The notes under the pieces were generated by a model, which made no database searches, was not told the origin of the DNA, and was given only the letters and a program-made list of their open reading frames with translations. Made by a program: the position numbers and the translations under genes. From the NCBI GenBank assembly GCA_044070495.1, contig JBIPSI010000010.1:32001-96000 (forward strand): 64,000 nucleotides of DNA, read 5' to 3'. Of this stretch, positions 60,256 through 64,000 are shown piece after piece. How positions within the stretch are numbered: position 1 is the stretch's first letter; each line of letters begins with the position of its first letter. Source of the stretch: Spirulina sp. (GTDB lineage Bacteria; Cyanobacteriota; Cyanobacteriia; Phormidesmidales; Phormidesmidaceae).

Positions 60256-61248
60256 ATGAATGCCACCGAATTGCTGCAATCCTATGCCTGTGGGCAAATG
60301 GACTTCAAAGGCCTCACGCTAGTGGGCCTTGACCTAGCCGGAGCCGACCTAATTGGGGCCAATCTCACACAGGCGGATCTGGAAAATGCCAATCTCAGTT
60401 TCACCTACCTTACCCGAGCGCGCCTGCGCCAAGCCAATCTTTCCCGCGCCCAACTGGGGGGGGCAAATCTCAACCAGGCCGATCTATCGGCGGCCATCCT
60501 CCATGACGCCGACCTCCATGGAGCCACCCTCCAGGGGGCCGATCTACGTAGCGCTAAAATGACCCTCGCCGATCTCCTTGACGCCAACTTGATGGGAGCC
60601 GATCTCCGCAACGCCGATCTGAGTGGTGCGAACCTGACGGGAGCCTGTTTGAGGGGAGCCAACCTGCGCCAGGAAAACCGTAAGTACACGACCAATTTGC
60701 GCGGAGCCAAGCTCCACCAGGCCGACCTGCGGGGCACCAACCTCTCTGGAGCCGACCTCGCCTACGTTGATCTGAGTCGGGCTAATCTCAGTGAAGCGAC
60801 CCTGCGCGATGCAAACCTGAAGGGAGCCAATCTCCAGGGAGCCCTCCTCAACAACACCAATCTTACGGGAGTTGACCTCAGTGGCGGTAACCTCAATGAC
60901 GCTGACCTCACCCGCTGCCGCTTAACCCGCAGCAACCTAAGCCTGGCCCAGATCAACCATGTGCAGGGCCGTGGGGCCGACTTCACAGACGCCATTCTCA
61001 AACAGGCCCAGATCAATCGGTGCCATTTGCAGGAGAGCCGTTTTAATCGATCCGACCTCGCCCGTGCCAGCCTACGGGGCAGCCATTTATGCAAGGCTAC
61101 GCTGGTGCAAGCCTACCTAGGCCGAGCCGATTTAACCGACGCTGACCTGACGGAAGCCGTGTTAGAACGGGCTGAAATGAGTAGCGCTATCCTCATGGAC
61201 ACGATTCTGACCCAAGCGACCATGCCCGATGGCCGCATCCACGAGTGA
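60256..61248 (+). CDS. Pentapeptide repeat protein
   Basis: A(D/N)LXX repeats throughout; terminal MPDGRIHE. Confidence 0.95.
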   Translation: MNATELLQSYACGQMDFKGLTLVGLDLAGADLIGANLTQADLENANLSFTYLTRARLRQANLSRAQLGGANLNQADLSAAILHDADLHGATLQGADLRSAKMTLADLLDANLMGADLRNADLSGANLTGACLRGANLRQENRKYTTNLRGAKLHQADLRGTNLSGADLAYVDLSRANLSEATLRDANLKGANLQGALLNNTNLTGVDLSGGNLNDADLTRCRLTRSNLSLAQINHVQGRGADFTDAILKQAQINRCHLQESRFNRSDLARASLRGSHLCKATLVQAYLGRADLTDADLTEAVLERAEMSSAILMDTILTQATMPDGRIHE

Positions 61249-61265
61249 GGCATCTCAAGTCCAGC

Positions 61266-61967
61266 CTAATCATCTCCTTCCCTGGGCACATTAGCTAAGA
61301 TCGACAGGGCAAGGTTGGCCCTCGCCTGAACCGCTAGGGAGCTATCCTGTTGATAAACCCGCTGGAGCTGTTGCTGAATAGCTGAAAAGCCTTCGCCCTG
61401 GGAACGTTCACGGATGGCGAGGGCCAAGCCCTGTAAGCCCACCACTGCGGCATAGCGCACTACCCATTCGGGATCTGCGGTGCCTTGAATCAATGCCTGC
61501 AAACTCTGGGCTTGGGCTGGGGCCACTTGCTCAGAAGGCAGCAACGCCCAGTTAAGATGCCCCAAACCCTTTGCTGCCGCCCGCCGAACACTGAGGGCAA
61601 AGTCTCCGGTAGCCGTTTCCAGGAGAATATCCAAGGCACGGGGATCGCCAATCAACGACAGAGCCCGAATCGCCCAAGCCCGCGCCCCATAGTTGTAGCC
61701 GTCTAGTTCTTCCAGCAACGCCGGAACAGCGAACGCCCCTAGGGCAACTAAGCCATCCACCGCTGCCACCGCCGCCCCCGGATTGTTGTAGCCCAGCACC
61801 TGAATCAGGGTGGGAATGGCCCCAGGATGACGCTGCGCCGCCAAACGACCCACTGCCACCACCATCGCTCCCTTCGAGTCGGCCCCCTCAACGGCCTGAA
61901 TCAGAGGAGCCAGATCCTCGCTGACGACGCTGGGTTGATCCACGATAGGACTATCCTTCACAATCAC
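61266..61967 (-). CDS. cpcF: Phycocyanin alpha-subunit lyase CpcF
   Basis: LGYNNPGAAVAAVDGL, YNYGARAW, DFALSVRRAAAKGLG; follows cpcE. Confidence 0.95.
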   Translation of the reverse strand: MIVKDSPIVDQPSVVSEDLAPLIQAVEGADSKGAMVVAVGRLAAQRHPGAIPTLIQVLGYNNPGAAVAAVDGLVALGAFAVPALLEELDGYNYGARAWAIRALSLIGDPRALDILLETATGDFALSVRRAAAKGLGHLNWALLPSEQVAPAQAQSLQALIQGTADPEWVVRYAAVVGLQGLALAIRERSQGEGFSAIQQQLQRVYQQDSSLAVQARANLALSILANVPREGDD

Positions 61968-62027
61968 TGATCTATTGCCCCGTATTGATACCTTGTTTCT
62001 ACCCTAGCGCGTCTCCAAAGGCTGACC

Positions 62028-62861
62028 CTAGAGCAACTCATCCATGAGTGCCAACACCCGCTGCGCCTCTGGAGTCAAGTCAGCATCGGGAAAGCGAACT
62101 TCTCGAAGATGCGTCTCCAAAACGCCTTGAAGGGCAATTAATTTCAGGCTATTTTCCGCCAGGGTCGCTGCAATCGACTCAGCAGCAGGGAGATAACCAA
62201 TCGCCCCCAAATCCATCATGGCCGAGCGTCGCAGTTGCAGGTTGGGTTCCTGAAGTCGCTCGACCAACCGCTGACAGTGGCTATCATCCCCAGTGAGTTG
62301 GTACATGGCACGAGCCGCCGCATTTTGCACCTGAGCCACAGGATGGCTCAAAAAAGACCGAATCTCCTCCACCGCCGATGTTGCCCCCAGACAACCCAGG
62401 GCTTCCAAAATGGCGTTATAGGGCTGGACGAGGTGGGGCTTGCCCTCCACAGGGACAGCCGCTTCCACGCCACCCGCCAACAAAGTGACCAGGGCCGGAA
62501 TTGCCTGATGATCGCCTAGGGTACCCAGCGCTTGAGCTGCCGATTCCCGAACGTAGTAATCATCGCAGGCCAAACACTGAATCAGGGGAGTCACCGCACG
62601 GGATTCGCCCAACTTACCCAGGGCACGGGCCGCGTTCCGCCGCAGGGGATATCCCCCATCCGGTGCCCGATCCGACTCATCTTCCAATGCCTGAATCAAA
62701 GCATCCACCGCATCGGGCTGAGTCACCCGAAAACGCCCCAGCCACCAGGCCGCATAGTAGCGCAGCCCCGTATCCTCCCTTTGCTGAAGGTTGGCCACGG
62801 CCTGATTCACCGTGAGGGATTCCCCCTGGGCATTGACCAATTGTTGCGCGTCGGTCTGCAT
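62028..62861 (-). CDS. cpcE: Phycocyanin alpha-subunit lyase CpcE
   Basis: RYYAAWWLG, GGYPLRRNAARALG, AENSLKLIAL. Confidence 0.96.
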   Translation of the reverse strand: MQTDAQQLVNAQGESLTVNQAVANLQQREDTGLRYYAAWWLGRFRVTQPDAVDALIQALEDESDRAPDGGYPLRRNAARALGKLGESRAVTPLIQCLACDDYYVRESAAQALGTLGDHQAIPALVTLLAGGVEAAVPVEGKPHLVQPYNAILEALGCLGATSAVEEIRSFLSHPVAQVQNAAARAMYQLTGDDSHCQRLVERLQEPNLQLRRSAMMDLGAIGYLPAAESIAATLAENSLKLIALQGVLETHLREVRFPDADLTPEAQRVLALMDELL

Positions 62862-63129
62862 AGATAGCCTGTTGTTGACCCAACCTACTCTTTCAACACA
62901 TGATTGATGGCCCCGTAGGATGCATTTGCGGCAACAATTTCACCTGTTCGCAGGCCAGCCCTCGGTCTCAGCCGCAATGCACCACCCAGAAATCGAGGAT
63001 AGCCCAGCCGTATCAGGGATGATTTTCCCAAATTCCCATCATCTTGGGAGGGCGAGAAAACCTCTCCCCTACGACGTCAGAACCCCTCTCCCCATGGGAA
63101 AGGGGCAGGGTTGGGGGCATCCGGACAAT

Positions 63130-63366
63130 CTAGCTAGCCGAAAGGGGCTGAATGCTCACGATTTTGCCGCCCATGCGGGTAATCCGCTGCATTTCTTCAT
63201 TCATGCGGCTGTAGGGCACTTTGATGAAAATGCTGCCGCTCTTGCGAATGGGGTAGTTAGATTTATCGGTTTCGTCGTTCTGGCGCAACCCTTCCACTTC
63301 GTACAGAAAAATGCGGTTGCCAGAGGAGGACGAGGTTTGGCTACCAAAAGCGGTTTGAGTGAGCAT
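63130..63366 (-). CDS. cpcD: Rod-capping linker CpcD
   Basis: YEVEGL, VPYSRMNEEMQRITRMGGKIVSI. Confidence 0.96.
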   Translation of the reverse strand: MLTQTAFGSQTSSSSGNRIFLYEVEGLRQNDETDKSNYPIRKSGSIFIKVPYSRMNEEMQRITRMGGKIVSIQPLSAS

Positions 63367-63517
63367 GGTTGGGATTCTCCTAATCGTAGGGATGGGGGTT
63401 AACGGGTAGGGGAAACGAACCTACCCCATTAACAACGCTAAAAGGCTTAGAACAGAACACGCGCAGGGACGCCACCCCTAGATGACACCCCCACGCGCCG
63501 ATCACCGTGAGGTGATG

Positions 63518-64000
63518 TTACATACTGGCTTGGGTAATGCTAGTTACCCGACCGCCCATTTTGTTGATCTGTTGCAGCTTGGTGGAAAGCTGCTCGTAGG
63601 GCACCAGGTAGGCGGTGTTGATCCGACGCACCTTGGGATAGCGGGGCAGATTGGCACCCACCACCTCAATGCGGTAGACCTTGCCAGCGGTGCCGTAGGG
63701 GGTAGACCCACCCAGGGCCAGGGCCGGAGTGGCCAGCTTGTTGACCTGGGACGACATCCCCGCCGCAACCCCCGTAGGGCTAACGATGGAAGAGGAGGTG
63801 TTACGCCCCAATTCCCCAGCTAGGCGAGACTTTTTGCCGCCAGCCTGGGAGCGGTCGCTGTTGGCGTAGCCGCGATACATTTGGAACATGCGGGTGAAAC
63901 CCACGGAACGCTGCCCAGCCTGGTAGACAAAGCTGCGGTAGTAGGGCACCACATTGTCGCCAAAATTGGCTTGGTACTCTTCGCTATCGATCATGGCATC
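63518..64000 (-). CDS. cpcC: Phycocyanin rod linker CpcC, 3' part (truncated by window edge)
   Basis: IDSEEY..FGDNVVPYYR, YRGYANSDRSQ, C-terminal CpcD-like domain. Confidence 0.93.
   Translation of the reverse strand, partial: DAMIDSEEYQANFGDNVVPYYRSFVYQAGQRSVGFTRMFQMYRGYANSDRSQAGGKKSRLAGELGRNTSSSIVSPTGVAAGMSSQVNKLATPALALGGSTPYGTAGKVYRIEVVGANLPRYPKVRRINTAYLVPYEQLSTKLQQINKMGGRVTSITQASM

Overview
A 64 kb chromosomal window from a GC-rich filamentous cyanobacterium (Leptolyngbya/Nodosilinea-like; this is inferred from gene content such as cpcCDEF, chlD, ggpP/stpA and hpsE). Most of it is housekeeping: the rpsL-rpsG-fusA-tuf-rpsJ operon, thiC with a TPP riboswitch, adhE, groESL with CIRCE and K-box, ubiD, a second EF-G, DAHP synthase, chlD and the 3' part of the cpc operon. 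No rRNA, tRNA, CRISPR array or prophage was found. The most interesting signals are: (1) an unannotated 22-codon leader ORF (MLSTLAARSKYRWLQKDLGAPR) plus a structured leader upstream of an AGCS amino-acid symporter, a candidate amino-acid-sensing attenuator; (2) a shared 12-bp palindrome A(C/T)TGTATACAGT plus NtcA-type sites upstream of two distant nucleobase/ureide genes; (3) a P-loop ATPase + TPR-array gene pair resembling a split NLR/STAND system; (4) a class III cyclase fused to three copies of an unassigned helical domain; (5) two copies of a ~165-bp MITE inserted into palindromes like those it carries, and an internally deleted IS630; (6) apparent absence of HIP1 with abundant CCTAGG. 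All calls come from reading the sequence only; no searches were run.
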